Source: an uncultured Myxococcales bacterium (GTDB lineage: Bacteria; Myxococcota_A; UBA9042). Taken from it: 64,000 bases of DNA. The notes under the pieces are model-generated. The model had not been told where the DNA came from, ran no database searches, and was given only the letters and a program-made list of their open reading frames with translations. Positions 10,106-19,321 of this stretch are shown piece by piece. The position numbers were made by a program, and so were the translations under genes. The DNA is taken from NCBI GenBank assembly GCA_903883645.1, contig CAISBR010000131.1, forward strand, positions 11,871 to 75,870, read 5' to 3'. Within the stretch, counting starts at the first letter, position 1, and every line of letters starts with the position of its first letter.

Positions 10106-11841
10106 TTTTCGCCTCCCTCTGGCGCAGTCGGCTTGGCCGCACTTGGCTCGGGCGCGGCCGCTTGCTCCGCAATGGGGGGCTGCGGGGCCTCGTCGGCCTT
10201 TTGCGCCTCTTTGACCCACTTGTCGTGCTCGTCTGCGTGCTCTTCGGCATAGTCGTGCAGGCTCATGCGCCCCGTCAAGAACACCCACGACATCGGGAAG
10301 ATAGATGGCCTCAGGTGCACGTTGTAGAAGTGCCAGACAAAGATCGCCAGGGCGGCCAGCAGGGCCTCGTCGGTATGGGCAAACCAGGCGATCTCGTAGA
10401 CCCAGGTGGGTGCGTACTTCATGATCGTGCTGGGGAACCAGCGTACCGCGCCCGACCCGACCATGATGACGCAGCCCCAGAACACTGCCCAGTAGTCGAA
10501 CTTCTCGAAGTAGGTGTAGCGACCATAGCGCGGACGCTCTTTGGCAAAGCCCAAGAACCAGGCGAGGTTTTGCGCCAAGTGCATCACATCGCGCGGCGCG
10601 GGCAACATGGTCGGCTGCAGCTTCTTTTGCAGCAACTTCTGCACCAGGTACGTCACGTGCAGCAGGGCCGCCACGATAAGACCGATCGCCGCGGCGCGGT
10701 GCAGCCAACCCAGCTGCTGCAAGCCACCGAACAGCGCGACCAAGCTATGCGAAGCGCCGATACCTCGCGTACTTAGCGGCCAACCCGTCAGCACCAGCGT
10801 CGAGAACGACAGCGCCATCAGGCCGTGGGCCGCGCGCTGCTGGCCGTCAAAGCGCAGCACCGTGCCGTCTTTGCCCACCCGTCCGCCACTGGCTTTGTGC
10901 AGCTTGTCGGTGTCAACCTTGTTGTTTTGGTGGGGCTTGCCCTCGGTAGCCTCGCGGCGCGCGCGGCGGATGACGTTGACCAGATCGAGCAGCACGTGCA
11001 GCGACAGGCCTAGGATCGTCAAGAAGGTGAGCCAGCCAAAGAAGCGGATGGTCCAGAACGACACCGGGCGATCCTCGGCGGTAATACCCTTGTGCCCGGC
11101 CAGTTTTTGGAAGTCTTTATCGGCACCTTGGTGGCACTTGGCGCACGGACCGGCGGCGCGGGCCTCGGTCTCGGTCACACTCTGCGGCGGATGCACCGGG
11201 TGGCAGTCGGCGCAACCGGGCGCATCGGGCGAGCCCAAGCTCAGCTTGGTAAAGTGCATCGTGTGCTCATACCCCTCGACCACATCGGCGCGCTGCTTAA
11301 CCGGCGCCATCTTCTTTTCGTCGCCATGGCACTTGATGCAGTGCTCGTTCATGTGCTTGCGCCAATCGTTCTTGGGCACATCGGCGCGCTTTTGGATGGT
11401 GTGGGGGTCGCCGTGGCAGTCGATGCAGTAGGGCAGGCCCGCCTTTAGACCGTCTTTCTGCTTGCCGTGCGGCATGGCGCCGGGCACTGCGCTCGGGCTG
11501 TCGTGGCAGTCGGTACACGCTGCCAGCGGCTCGGGGTGCTTGATGCCGCGCTTCTTAAGTGCATCGGCCGTCTCGCTTTTTACTTCTTCGACCGGCTCGT
11601 GCGGGTTGAACTGATAGCCCGTGTGACAGTCATTGCAGGCCTGCTCGCCGTGCGCCGAGGCCTTGTGGATCTTGGCCGAAAACTGCTCTTCTTGATGGCA
11701 GTTGCGGCACCACTTGGGGTCGTTGGCATCGGCCGGAGCCGCCAGAGCGGCCGCGGCAGTGCCGGTCACAAAGAGCAAGTTGGTCAGCGCCAGCCAGGCA
11801 GTGAGGCGAAGGGGCGGCAGACAGGCCAAGAAACGATGCAT
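10102..11841 (-). CDS. Fusion of a periplasmic heptaheme cytochrome c with an integral-membrane diheme cytochrome b (HydC/FdnI fold); CbcL-like quinol:cytochrome oxidoreductase
   Basis: Signal peptide, then 7 CxxCH (CRNCH, CNDCH, CTDCH, CIDCH, CIKCH, CADCH, CAKCH), then four or more TM helices carrying conserved His (HGLMAL, LHRAAAIG, LHVTYL, WFAHTDE, VWHFYNVHL) as in formate dehydrogenase gamma / hydrogenase b-type subunits. Confidence 0.75.
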   Translation of the reverse strand: MHRFLACLPPLRLTAWLALTNLLFVTGTAAAALAAPADANDPKWCRNCHQEEQFSAKIHKASAHGEQACNDCHTGYQFNPHEPVEEVKSETADALKKRGIKHPEPLAACTDCHDSPSAVPGAMPHGKQKDGLKAGLPYCIDCHGDPHTIQKRADVPKNDWRKHMNEHCIKCHGDEKKMAPVKQRADVVEGYEHTMHFTKLSLGSPDAPGCADCHPVHPPQSVTETEARAAGPCAKCHQGADKDFQKLAGHKGITAEDRPVSFWTIRFFGWLTFLTILGLSLHVLLDLVNVIRRARREATEGKPHQNNKVDTDKLHKASGGRVGKDGTVLRFDGQQRAAHGLMALSFSTLVLTGWPLSTRGIGASHSLVALFGGLQQLGWLHRAAAIGLIVAALLHVTYLVQKLLQKKLQPTMLPAPRDVMHLAQNLAWFLGFAKERPRYGRYTYFEKFDYWAVFWGCVIMVGSGAVRWFPSTIMKYAPTWVYEIAWFAHTDEALLAALAIFVWHFYNVHLRPSIFPMSWVFLTGRMSLHDYAEEHADEHDKWVKEAQKADEAPQPPIAEQAAAPEPSAAKPTAPEGGEK

Positions 11842-11900
11842 AGGGTCCTCCGAAGCGGTTGCGTCACTCTAACCAGGGCAGCCCAACCGCATTGACCCTT

Positions 11901-11917
11901 CGCACGATGCGTGCCAA
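11901..11917 (-). promoter_or_regulatory. Candidate sigma-54 (-24/-12) promoter for the cytochrome operon
   Basis: Minus strand reads TTGGCACGCATCGTGCG: TGGCAC-N5-GTGC versus the consensus TGGCAC-N5-TTGCA, with GG/GC spacing preserved. About 60 nt upstream of the ATG at 11841 and adjacent to the NtrC-type regulator. Confidence 0.45.
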
Positions 11918-11996
11918 GTTTTTTCGTCACTTGATCTGCGTCAAGTGTTAATAGTATCGCAATGTTGTGCGATGCAGGCTCGCGAGCCCAGGCCGA

Positions 11997-12135
11997 TGTC
12001 GGGTTTGCCGGACGGCTGTCGGCATGTCCCGACAAGTCCGCTGTCGGGTTTTCCAGACAAGCATACATGCGTACTATCGATGAGATATGTGGCATGTCTG
12101 GATTTCCAGACACCCTTTGTCGGGTTTTTTGGACA
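11997..12135. promoter_or_regulatory. Array of five TGTC-N10-GACA palindromes (putative enhancer/UAS sites)
   Basis: Copies at 11997-12013 (degenerate), 12017-12034, 12042-12059, 12095-12112 (perfect TGTCTGGA-tt-TCCAGACA) and 12118-12135; consensus TGTCGGGTTTTCCAGACA. They lie 80-230 bp upstream of the candidate sigma-54 promoter, in the divergent intergenic region. Confidence 0.5.
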
Positions 12136-12289
12136 AAAGCTGCCGAGAGCGCCGACACCGGCCTCGCTAGCGGTCTGGCACCGCGCCACCCGTCACAGCA
12201 ATGTCTGAAAATCCGACACGCCTTTCGGCCTTGCGCCGCTCGCCAACACGGCTCACCATCGCTGCGACACCCACTCGCCGGGCGTAGCG

Positions 12290-14590
12290 TTGCGCGCCCA
12301 TCCGGAGGTTCCGATGCCCGTGCTTGCCCATTTGGTTCAGCGGCGATGGCGCGCGCTGCCTGCGATTGCAGGCCTGCTTTTGCTGGCGACGCCCAGTTGC
12401 CGCCTCTTTGATCCACCGGCAATTGCGCAAAAAGCTATGGCCGACATGCCGATTAAGAAGGTGGTCCTGTACCAAAACGGCGTGGGCTACTTTGAGCGGC
12501 GCGGCAAGACGAATCTCGAAAGTGTGGAGCTGCGGGTGCGGCCCGACCAGGTCAACGATGTGCTGAAGTCGTTGGCTGTGCTGGACTTAGCGGGTGGTGC
12601 GGCCTCGTCGATCTCGCTGCCGGCTGAAAAGTCTGCCGACCGGCAAGAGGCCGAGATTCCGGCACAAGTCCGCAATGCTACGGGGCTTGTGGGCATGCTT
12701 GGGGTGCTGCGCGGCGCCGATGTGACGGTCGAGACCAACTCGGATAGCTGGACCGGCCGGGTGGTGGGCGTCGAAAATCCGCCGCAGGGCAAAGACGACA
12801 AGCCGCGGCCGGCGACGGTGACGCTGCTGGTGGGCGACGATCGCCTGGTGCCCGTGCACATCGACGCGATCAAGAGGGTGACGATCGGTGATCGGGCGCT
12901 GTCGGTGGGGCTAAAGCAGAGCCTGGATGTGAGCAAGCGCGAGGGCGCGTGGAAGCCGGTGTCGCTCGAGGTGCGGCTCGCGGGCGACAAGACGCACGAC
13001 TTGCTGATCAGCTACATCCACGAAGTGCCGGTGTGGCGGCCGGCCTATCGCGCGTGGGTCGAGACCGGAAAGGGTCTGCAATTGCAGGGTTGGGCGGTGG
13101 TCGACAACACCTCGGGCGAGGACTGGAACAAGGTCAATCTGAGCTTGGTGGTCGGCGCGCCGCTGTCGTTTCGCTACGATCTGCATACGGCGCACCATGT
13201 TACGCGGCCCGACCTGTCGGTGCGGTTGCCGCAAGAGGCCGCAGCGCCGCCGTCGCCCGACTCGGGCTTTGATGCTGCGCCCGCCGAAGTGCCTGCTGCC
13301 GAAGCGGCTGCCATGCCGCCCCCCGCGCCATCGGCGGCGCCTGCGGGCAATGCCATGGCCGACGAGTCGATGGAGGATGCCAAGAAGGCATCGTCTTCTT
13401 TTGGATTTGCTGGGGCAGGCCCCGGTGGTGGAGGCATGGGCGGTGGCATGGGTGGTGGCCGGTTTGCCAAAGAGCTGCCGCCGTCGAAGGTCGCGCGGCG
13501 CGCAATGCCGGCCGAGAAGTCGAAAGAGCAAGCGGACGACGCCGAGACCGAGCGGCAGCAGCGCGATGCGGCGATCAAGAACGTGCAAGCCCTTGTAACA
13601 GGTAAGGAAGTGGGCGCCTTGTATGCCTACGAGGCCACCTATCCGGTGACCGTGCCAGACCGGTCGTCGGCGCTGATCAATATCCTAAATCGCCACTTAG
13701 AGGGTCGCGATGTGTATCTTTTCCGCGAGCCGCAGAGCGGGCAGGCGCCGTATCGGGCGGTCATGCTGCGCAACGAAAGCACGGGGCCAGGTGCGGGGGC
13801 GCTCGAAGGTGGGCCGATAACACTCTATATCGACGGCACTTTTGCGGGCGAAGGCTTTGTTGGACGCATTGCGAAGGGCGAGGTGGCCTTTGTGCCGTAC
13901 GCCCGCGAGTCGGGCAGCACCGTGAGCCAGTCGAGTGACGACAAGACGGACGAGCTGCGGCTGGTTACGGTGGTCGATGGGCGCATCCGCATCGAGGGCA
14001 AGCAGCTGCATATCCGCACATTTACTGTTGAATCGAATACGGGCAAGCCCGCGCTGGCTTACGTTAAGACTAGCGCGACGGCGGGGATGACGCTGCGGGA
14101 CCCGCCGAAAGACTTCATCAAGGCTGGCAGCGACTGGTATGTGCCGGTGCTGATGCCCGCGAAGGGCAAAGGCGAGACCAAGCTTGTAGAAGAATCGCCG
14201 GTTTCATACGAAGAACTAGATGTAACAGATCGCGCTGCGGATGCGATGGCCTTGTATCTAAAGGGTGCCAAGGTTCAAGACGCGGTGAAAGGGCCAATTG
14301 AGCAGTTGTTGATGATTCGGGCGCAAATTGGCGATATTCAACGGGATACCAAGGGTCTCGACAGTCAACGCAGCGTGCTCGACGATGAGCAGCGGCGCAT
14401 TCAGGGCAACCTCGACGCGCTGCCGGCGGGTGCGGTGGCGGCGGACCTGCGGCGGCAGCTGCTGGGCCAGCTCGAGTCCGCATCGAAGAAGGCGGGCGAA
14501 GTGGCGAAAAAGCTGGTCGAAAACGAGGTCAAGATCGCCGCGTTGCGCGAGAAGATGGTGGTGCTGCTGCGGTCAATTGCACTCAAGTAG
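12290..14590 (+). CDS. Large secreted/membrane-associated protein; possible DUF4139/DUF4140-type protein common in myxobacteria
   Basis: Signal-like N-terminus, KVVLYQNGVGYFERRG segment, long Ala/Pro/Gly-rich low-complexity linker, C-terminal coiled coil. Domain naming is from memory only. Confidence 0.5.
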   Translation: MRAHPEVPMPVLAHLVQRRWRALPAIAGLLLLATPSCRLFDPPAIAQKAMADMPIKKVVLYQNGVGYFERRGKTNLESVELRVRPDQVNDVLKSLAVLDLAGGAASSISLPAEKSADRQEAEIPAQVRNATGLVGMLGVLRGADVTVETNSDSWTGRVVGVENPPQGKDDKPRPATVTLLVGDDRLVPVHIDAIKRVTIGDRALSVGLKQSLDVSKREGAWKPVSLEVRLAGDKTHDLLISYIHEVPVWRPAYRAWVETGKGLQLQGWAVVDNTSGEDWNKVNLSLVVGAPLSFRYDLHTAHHVTRPDLSVRLPQEAAAPPSPDSGFDAAPAEVPAAEAAAMPPPAPSAAPAGNAMADESMEDAKKASSSFGFAGAGPGGGGMGGGMGGGRFAKELPPSKVARRAMPAEKSKEQADDAETERQQRDAAIKNVQALVTGKEVGALYAYEATYPVTVPDRSSALINILNRHLEGRDVYLFREPQSGQAPYRAVMLRNESTGPGAGALEGGPITLYIDGTFAGEGFVGRIAKGEVAFVPYARESGSTVSQSSDDKTDELRLVTVVDGRIRIEGKQLHIRTFTVESNTGKPALAYVKTSATAGMTLRDPPKDFIKAGSDWYVPVLMPAKGKGETKLVEESPVSYEELDVTDRAADAMALYLKGAKVQDAVKGPIEQLLMIRAQIGDIQRDTKGLDSQRSVLDDEQRRIQGNLDALPAGAVAADLRRQLLGQLESASKKAGEVAKKLVENEVKIAALREKMVVLLRSIALK

Positions 14591-14726
14591 CTGCCGCAGC
14601 ACGGGATGTTGGGTGTCGTGTGTACGCTGCGGCGGAGTGTGCTAGGATCCCGAGCCGGTCGCCGACTCGGCTGGTCCGTCGCGCCAAAGCCGAATCGCCA
14701 AGCCTTCTTTGCCCTTGGAGCCCTGA

Positions 14727-15977
14727 ATGCAACTGCGCAATCAAGACATTATCTACGACTGGAACGAGGTCAAGCGCACTACGCCGCCTATCGCCCAGGG
14801 CTTTCAGTTGGTCGACGAGACCCTGCGCGACGGGATTCAGTCGCCATCGATCACCAATCCGCACATTGAGCATAAGCTAGCAATTCTGCACAGTATGGAG
14901 CGTCTCGGTATCGATGTGGCCGATGTGGGGCTGCCCGGTGCCGGCGCGCAAGCTGTGGCCGATGTTACGCGCCTTGTCGAAGAAATTCGCGACCAACACC
15001 TGAATATCAAGCCTAATTGTGCGGCACGGACCCACTCGGCCGATATCCAGAGCATCATCGATATCTCGCAGCACACGGGCGTCGAGATCGAGGTCTGCGC
15101 GTTTCTGGGAAGCTCGCCAGTGCGGCAACTAGTCGAAAACTGGGACATTCCGCACATGACCAAGCTGGTGGTGGCGTCGGCGGATCAGGCGGTCAAGGCT
15201 GGGCTGCCGTTTTCGTTTGTGACGGAAGACACCATTCGCTCGCACCCCGAGACGCTGCGCGCGCTATTCAAGGCGGCCATCGACCACGGCGCCACCCGGC
15301 TGATCTTGTGCGACACGGTTGGCCATGCAACTCCAGATGGACTTTGGAATTTGCTCGAATTTACCCGCAGCGTGATCGCCGAGACCGGGGTCAAAGTGGC
15401 GCTCGACTGGCATGGCCACAACGACCGTGCGCTGGCGGTGCCGCTGTGCTTGTCGGCGCTCGAATTCGGCATCGACCGCGTGCACGGCACCTGCTTGGGC
15501 GTGGGCGAGCGCGTCGGCAACGCGTCGATGGACCAGATTCTGTTGAATTTGCGTCTACTTGGTGTGTGGAAGCAGCCGCTGCACGAGCTGCGCCACTACG
15601 TCGACTTGGTGTCGAAGCACTATAGCGTGCCGGTGCCGTACAACTACCCGGCCTTTGGTGTCGATGCGTTTCGCACGGCGACCGGAGTGCACGCGGCGGC
15701 GATCGCCAAGGCGCTCAAAGCCGGGCGGCGCGACCTGGCGGATGCGGTCTACAGCTCGGTGCCCGCGCACGAAGTGGGTTGCAAGCAGCGGATCGATATC
15801 GGATTTTATAGCGGCAAGGCGAATGTAGAGGTCTGGCTCATCGAGCACGAACTCGACGCTACCGAAGAGCGGGTGCACGCGGTGCTGCAGCGCGCCAAAC
15901 AGGGTGATGCGACGCTGACCGATGTCGAAATCTACGAATGCCTGGCCCATCTCGATGGCCGGAGCGGCGCGGTCTAG
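14727..15977 (+). CDS. 2-isopropylmalate synthase / homocitrate synthase family (DRE-TIM metallolyase)
   Basis: ETLRDGIQS, HGHNDRALA, GVGERVGNA motifs of the HMGL-like LeuA/NifV/CimA family. Confidence 0.8.
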   Translation: MQLRNQDIIYDWNEVKRTTPPIAQGFQLVDETLRDGIQSPSITNPHIEHKLAILHSMERLGIDVADVGLPGAGAQAVADVTRLVEEIRDQHLNIKPNCAARTHSADIQSIIDISQHTGVEIEVCAFLGSSPVRQLVENWDIPHMTKLVVASADQAVKAGLPFSFVTEDTIRSHPETLRALFKAAIDHGATRLILCDTVGHATPDGLWNLLEFTRSVIAETGVKVALDWHGHNDRALAVPLCLSALEFGIDRVHGTCLGVGERVGNASMDQILLNLRLLGVWKQPLHELRHYVDLVSKHYSVPVPYNYPAFGVDAFRTATGVHAAAIAKALKAGRRDLADAVYSSVPAHEVGCKQRIDIGFYSGKANVEVWLIEHELDATEERVHAVLQRAKQGDATLTDVEIYECLAHLDGRSGAV

Positions 15978-17533
15978 CCATGCCGCAACCGGGGCCAACC
16001 GCGCCTACTAGCGCGAACTTACCGATTCTTGTCGCGGGTTTAGGGCATGTGGGCGTGGCCGTCGTGCACCGCCTGCACGCGCTTGGTCTGCCGGTGCGGG
16101 CGCTCATGACGCCGGCCGAAGTGGCGCGCCACGGCGTCGAGCTGCACAACCTGGGCGTCGAGGTGATGGCGGCGTCGGCGATGCTCGACAACGACCTGAC
16201 TCGCCTAGACTTTGCCGCGACGTGTGCGGTGGTCTTGGCGGCCGACAACGACTCGGGCAACGTGGATGCGTGTCTGCTGATTCGGCGGCAGTCGCCCGAT
16301 GTGCCTGTGTTGGTGCGGGTTTCGGATCCCACGCTCGTTCGCTTCTTGCGCATGTCCGTGCCGCATGTCGAACCCTACTCAATGGGATCGGTCATTGCAC
16401 CGGTGGCCGCCGACATGGCGCTGCAGCTGCTCACCCAGCCGCGCACGCCGTCGCGGGTGCTGCGTCCGCAGCCGGCGTGGCTCAAAGCGCGGGCTTGGCT
16501 GTGGGGCGTAGTCATCGCCGCCGGCGCCGGCAACGTGGCTGCTGCAATCGCAATTGCTAACTTTCAGGCGGCCCAGGGCAGCCACACGCGGGGGGTGCTC
16601 GGTCCGGTGGGCGTGCTGGCCTCGCTGCTGACTGGCCTGCATGTGGGCGGGCTCGACAACGTGTTGCGCTCGTCGCAGGCCGCGGGGCTGGCGCTGACGG
16701 TGGCGCTGCTCGACCGCGTCGCACTGGTGGCGGCGGCGGCGTTGCTGGTCGATTGGCTGGTGCCGCTGCGACTGGGGACGTCGGCGCCTGCAACTCCAGT
16801 AAGCTTGCGTAATCATGTGGTTATTCTTGGCGCGGGCAGCATTGGCTCGCGGGTGGCCGAGCTGCTACACCAACGGAATCTGCGGGTGGTGGTGATCGAG
16901 CGCGACGCACACCACAAGAATGTGCAGCGGTTGCGCTCGCTTGGCATGGCGGTGGTGGTGGGCGATGCCACCGTCGACGAGACGCTCGACCTGGCGGCGG
17001 CCTGGTCGGCAGGGGCGGTGCTGGCGCTGACGAATAGCGACGCGGTGAACCTCCATGTGGGCCTGCTGATGAGCGATCATAAAATCGGCGTGCCCACCGT
17101 GGTGCGGCTGCTGTCGCCCGAACTGAACGACCACGCCACAAAGGCTTCTGAGATTACACCGCTTTCTCCTGTTGCTGAAACGGCAAGCTACCTCTGTCGG
17201 GCCGTAGAGCGACTGCGCAGCGACCGCGCCAAGCCGCGCGAGCCGGTGGCGGCGGCGACGGCAGGCGAAGTGCTCAATCGACCGACAGGGCGCTATGCCG
17301 GCGTCGAATTTGACGGACGTATCACCGACTTGCACTTGCGCAGCGCCCGCACACCGTCGAGTCCGCGTGTGCCGAGTGGTGCAGCGAGTGCCGCCCCAAC
17401 CGACCGGCCCGTCGAATCGCAGCGGCGAGCCCCGTCGAATCAGCGGCCTGCCGTCGATGTCTCTGCAGCGGTGGCTGCAGCCAAGACGCCCGCAACTCCG
17501 CCCGATGGCGAGGGAACGCCCCCCGATGCCTAG
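15938..17533 (+). CDS. Membrane protein with two TrkA-N (RCK, NAD-binding) domains; K+ transport/channel regulator-like
   Basis: Two Rossmann GxGxxG segments (ILVAGLGHVGVAVVHRL; VVILGAGSIGSRVAELL) flanking a hydrophobic core. True start probably MPQPGPT near 15980. Confidence 0.55.
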   Translation: MPGPSRWPERRGLAMPQPGPTAPTSANLPILVAGLGHVGVAVVHRLHALGLPVRALMTPAEVARHGVELHNLGVEVMAASAMLDNDLTRLDFAATCAVVLAADNDSGNVDACLLIRRQSPDVPVLVRVSDPTLVRFLRMSVPHVEPYSMGSVIAPVAADMALQLLTQPRTPSRVLRPQPAWLKARAWLWGVVIAAGAGNVAAAIAIANFQAAQGSHTRGVLGPVGVLASLLTGLHVGGLDNVLRSSQAAGLALTVALLDRVALVAAAALLVDWLVPLRLGTSAPATPVSLRNHVVILGAGSIGSRVAELLHQRNLRVVVIERDAHHKNVQRLRSLGMAVVVGDATVDETLDLAAAWSAGAVLALTNSDAVNLHVGLLMSDHKIGVPTVVRLLSPELNDHATKASEITPLSPVAETASYLCRAVERLRSDRAKPREPVAAATAGEVLNRPTGRYAGVEFDGRITDLHLRSARTPSSPRVPSGAASAAPTDRPVESQRRAPSNQRPAVDVSAAVAAAKTPATPPDGEGTPPDA

Positions 17534-18356
17534 CTGGCGCCTGTGGCCTTTGGTGCTCGCGCTGGCGATGCCGGTCGTGGCGCACGCGGCCGAGCCGGCG
17601 GTGCTGCCGCCCGAGGTTACGGCCACGCAGCTGCCGACCGACGCGGAGCTCGACGGTGCGTGGGCGCGGGTGCAACTGCGGGCGAATCCCGGTCCTTTCC
17701 AATACTTGGCCTACGAGCTGACCAGTCGCGGCCCGGCCGGCGTGGTCTCGCACGTGCGCGGCTTTATGGGGCGCAGTGACGTAGTGACGCGCACCGAGCT
17801 GCTGACCAAGACGGACTTGCGGCGTATTATGGGCTACTTGCGTGATCTAGGGGCGCTCAAGCTGCCGGCCGTGCTGCCTGCGCCGTTGCAGCCGCGCAAG
17901 CCCAAGCCCAGTGCCATCGGCGTGCTCGATACTGCCAGCGAGGCCACGCACGGTCCCGACCACTCGCCGGTGCCGGTGGTCGAGCTGTCGTTTCGCTTGG
18001 GCGATCACGAGTGCACGGTGCTGGTGACCGACCCCGATAGCCAAGCAGACCGCCGCTATGCGCGGTTTATCGAGCTACTTCGCCATGTTGCGTTGCATGT
18101 GGCAGGCCCCATCGCCTACGAGGCGCCGAGCGGCAGCGCCGGGCAGGCCGGCTACCTGTTCATCGATAGTGCGCCAAGCGCCGAGGTCAGCGTCGACGGC
18201 GTGCCGTTGGGCGAGACGACCCCGGTCTTTGCCCACGCCGTGGCGCCTGGCAATCATACGATTATGCTTGAGAATAAGCGCCTTGAGCTGCGCCGCGAGG
18301 TCAAGGTCAAGGTGCAAGCAGGGCTGACGACGGCCGTGGAGCTTGAGCTGCCGTGA
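17526..18356 (+). CDS. Secreted PEGA-domain protein
   Basis: Re-called start ATG 17526 (MPSWRLWPLVLALAMPVVAHA signal peptide), overlapping the previous stop. C-terminal PEGA-like domain (GYLFIDSAPSAEVSVDGVPLGETTPVFAHAVAPGNHTIMLEN). The longer ORF in the track (17295) is rejected. Confidence 0.55.
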   Translation: MPSWRLWPLVLALAMPVVAHAAEPAVLPPEVTATQLPTDAELDGAWARVQLRANPGPFQYLAYELTSRGPAGVVSHVRGFMGRSDVVTRTELLTKTDLRRIMGYLRDLGALKLPAVLPAPLQPRKPKPSAIGVLDTASEATHGPDHSPVPVVELSFRLGDHECTVLVTDPDSQADRRYARFIELLRHVALHVAGPIAYEAPSGSAGQAGYLFIDSAPSAEVSVDGVPLGETTPVFAHAVAPGNHTIMLENKRLELRREVKVKVQAGLTTAVELELP

Positions 18357-19303
18357 GTGATGCCGTCTTTGAGCCTGACGAGGCGGCCGAGGTGCCAGCC
18401 CAGCCGAGTCTTGCGGAACAGACAGCGCACGCCCTGATGCGGCTGCGGCGCGCGATCGATGCCACGCCCGATGCGGCCCTGCGGCTGCGGCGGGTGGCCC
18501 AGCAGGTGCGCGAGACGGAGCCGGCGGTGCTGGCGGCGCTGCTTACGGAGGCCGCCCAGGGGTCGATTACGCGCGGTTGGCGCAGCGTGTATCTAGCTCT
18601 GGCGCAATGGGTTTTGCACTCTCGTCCGCGGCCCAAATTCCCCGTTGGCCACTGGCCACTGCCCGACGACGAGCTGGCTCCGCAGGGGGTGCACTTGGCG
18701 CTGGCTGTGGCCGCGTGTGGGCCGCAGAACAATGCCTTTGCTCTCATCGTGTTGCGCGATGCGTTTGCCCGCACCGGGCCGAGCGACGGCGTGCTGCTGA
18801 ACCTGCACCCCTCGGTCGAAAAGTGGCCTCTGGGCGTGCGGCGCGAGCGTGCCCGGGGGATCGATAAGAATATCGTACAGTTACTTCTGCTCGATACCAC
18901 GCCGGCGGTGGTGCAGATCCTGGCTGAGAATCCGCGGGTGCTCGAGACGCACGCGGTACAGATCGCCAGCTTGCGCAGTCAGCATCCGTGGTCGCTGCAG
19001 AGCCTGCTGATGGTGCCGCGCTGGATGGGCAACGAGCGGGTGGTCGAGGCGGTGCTGCGCAATCCGTCGGCACCGGCGTGGCTGGTGCTGCTGCTGGCCC
19101 CGTTGGTGGCGCGCCGTGTGCAGATGGCGGTGGTGCACCTGCCGTGGTTGGCGCAGCCGGTCGCGCAAGAGCTGGCCAGGTGGCACGGTGTGACGCTGGC
19201 GCCGACGAATCTTGGCGAAGAGCCCCCTACGGGGGTCTTTCTTGTGAGCGACGACGGCGATCTTGTGCCGTATGCCGATGACTATGGCGACGGCGAAACC
19301 TAG
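18353..19303 (+). CDS. Hypothetical protein
   Basis: GTG start overlapping the previous TGA; 316 aa, no recognisable motif. Confidence 0.45.
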   Translation: MSDAVFEPDEAAEVPAQPSLAEQTAHALMRLRRAIDATPDAALRLRRVAQQVRETEPAVLAALLTEAAQGSITRGWRSVYLALAQWVLHSRPRPKFPVGHWPLPDDELAPQGVHLALAVAACGPQNNAFALIVLRDAFARTGPSDGVLLNLHPSVEKWPLGVRRERARGIDKNIVQLLLLDTTPAVVQILAENPRVLETHAVQIASLRSQHPWSLQSLLMVPRWMGNERVVEAVLRNPSAPAWLVLLLAPLVARRVQMAVVHLPWLAQPVAQELARWHGVTLAPTNLGEEPPTGVFLVSDDGDLVPYADDYGDGET

Positions 19304-19321
19304 ACGAGCGAGGTAGTATTC

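Noticed and set aside
9521-10708. Long (395-aa) version of the triheme cytochrome ORF
   Set aside because: The N-terminal 200 aa are Arg/Pro-rich and lie in the same frame as the C-terminus of the upstream b/c cytochrome gene. An internal ATG at 10105 has a GGGAGG RBS, a signal peptide and the ATGA coupling seen elsewhere in the operon.
14640-14675. Possible intrinsic terminator hairpin (GAGCCGG-tcg-CCGACTC) after the 12290..14590 gene
   Set aside because: Imperfect 7-bp stem with no following U-tract. Not reported as a feature.
17295-17525. Upstream extension of the PEGA-protein ORF
   Set aside because: It lies inside the TrkA-N gene in another frame. ATG 17526 gives a textbook signal peptide.
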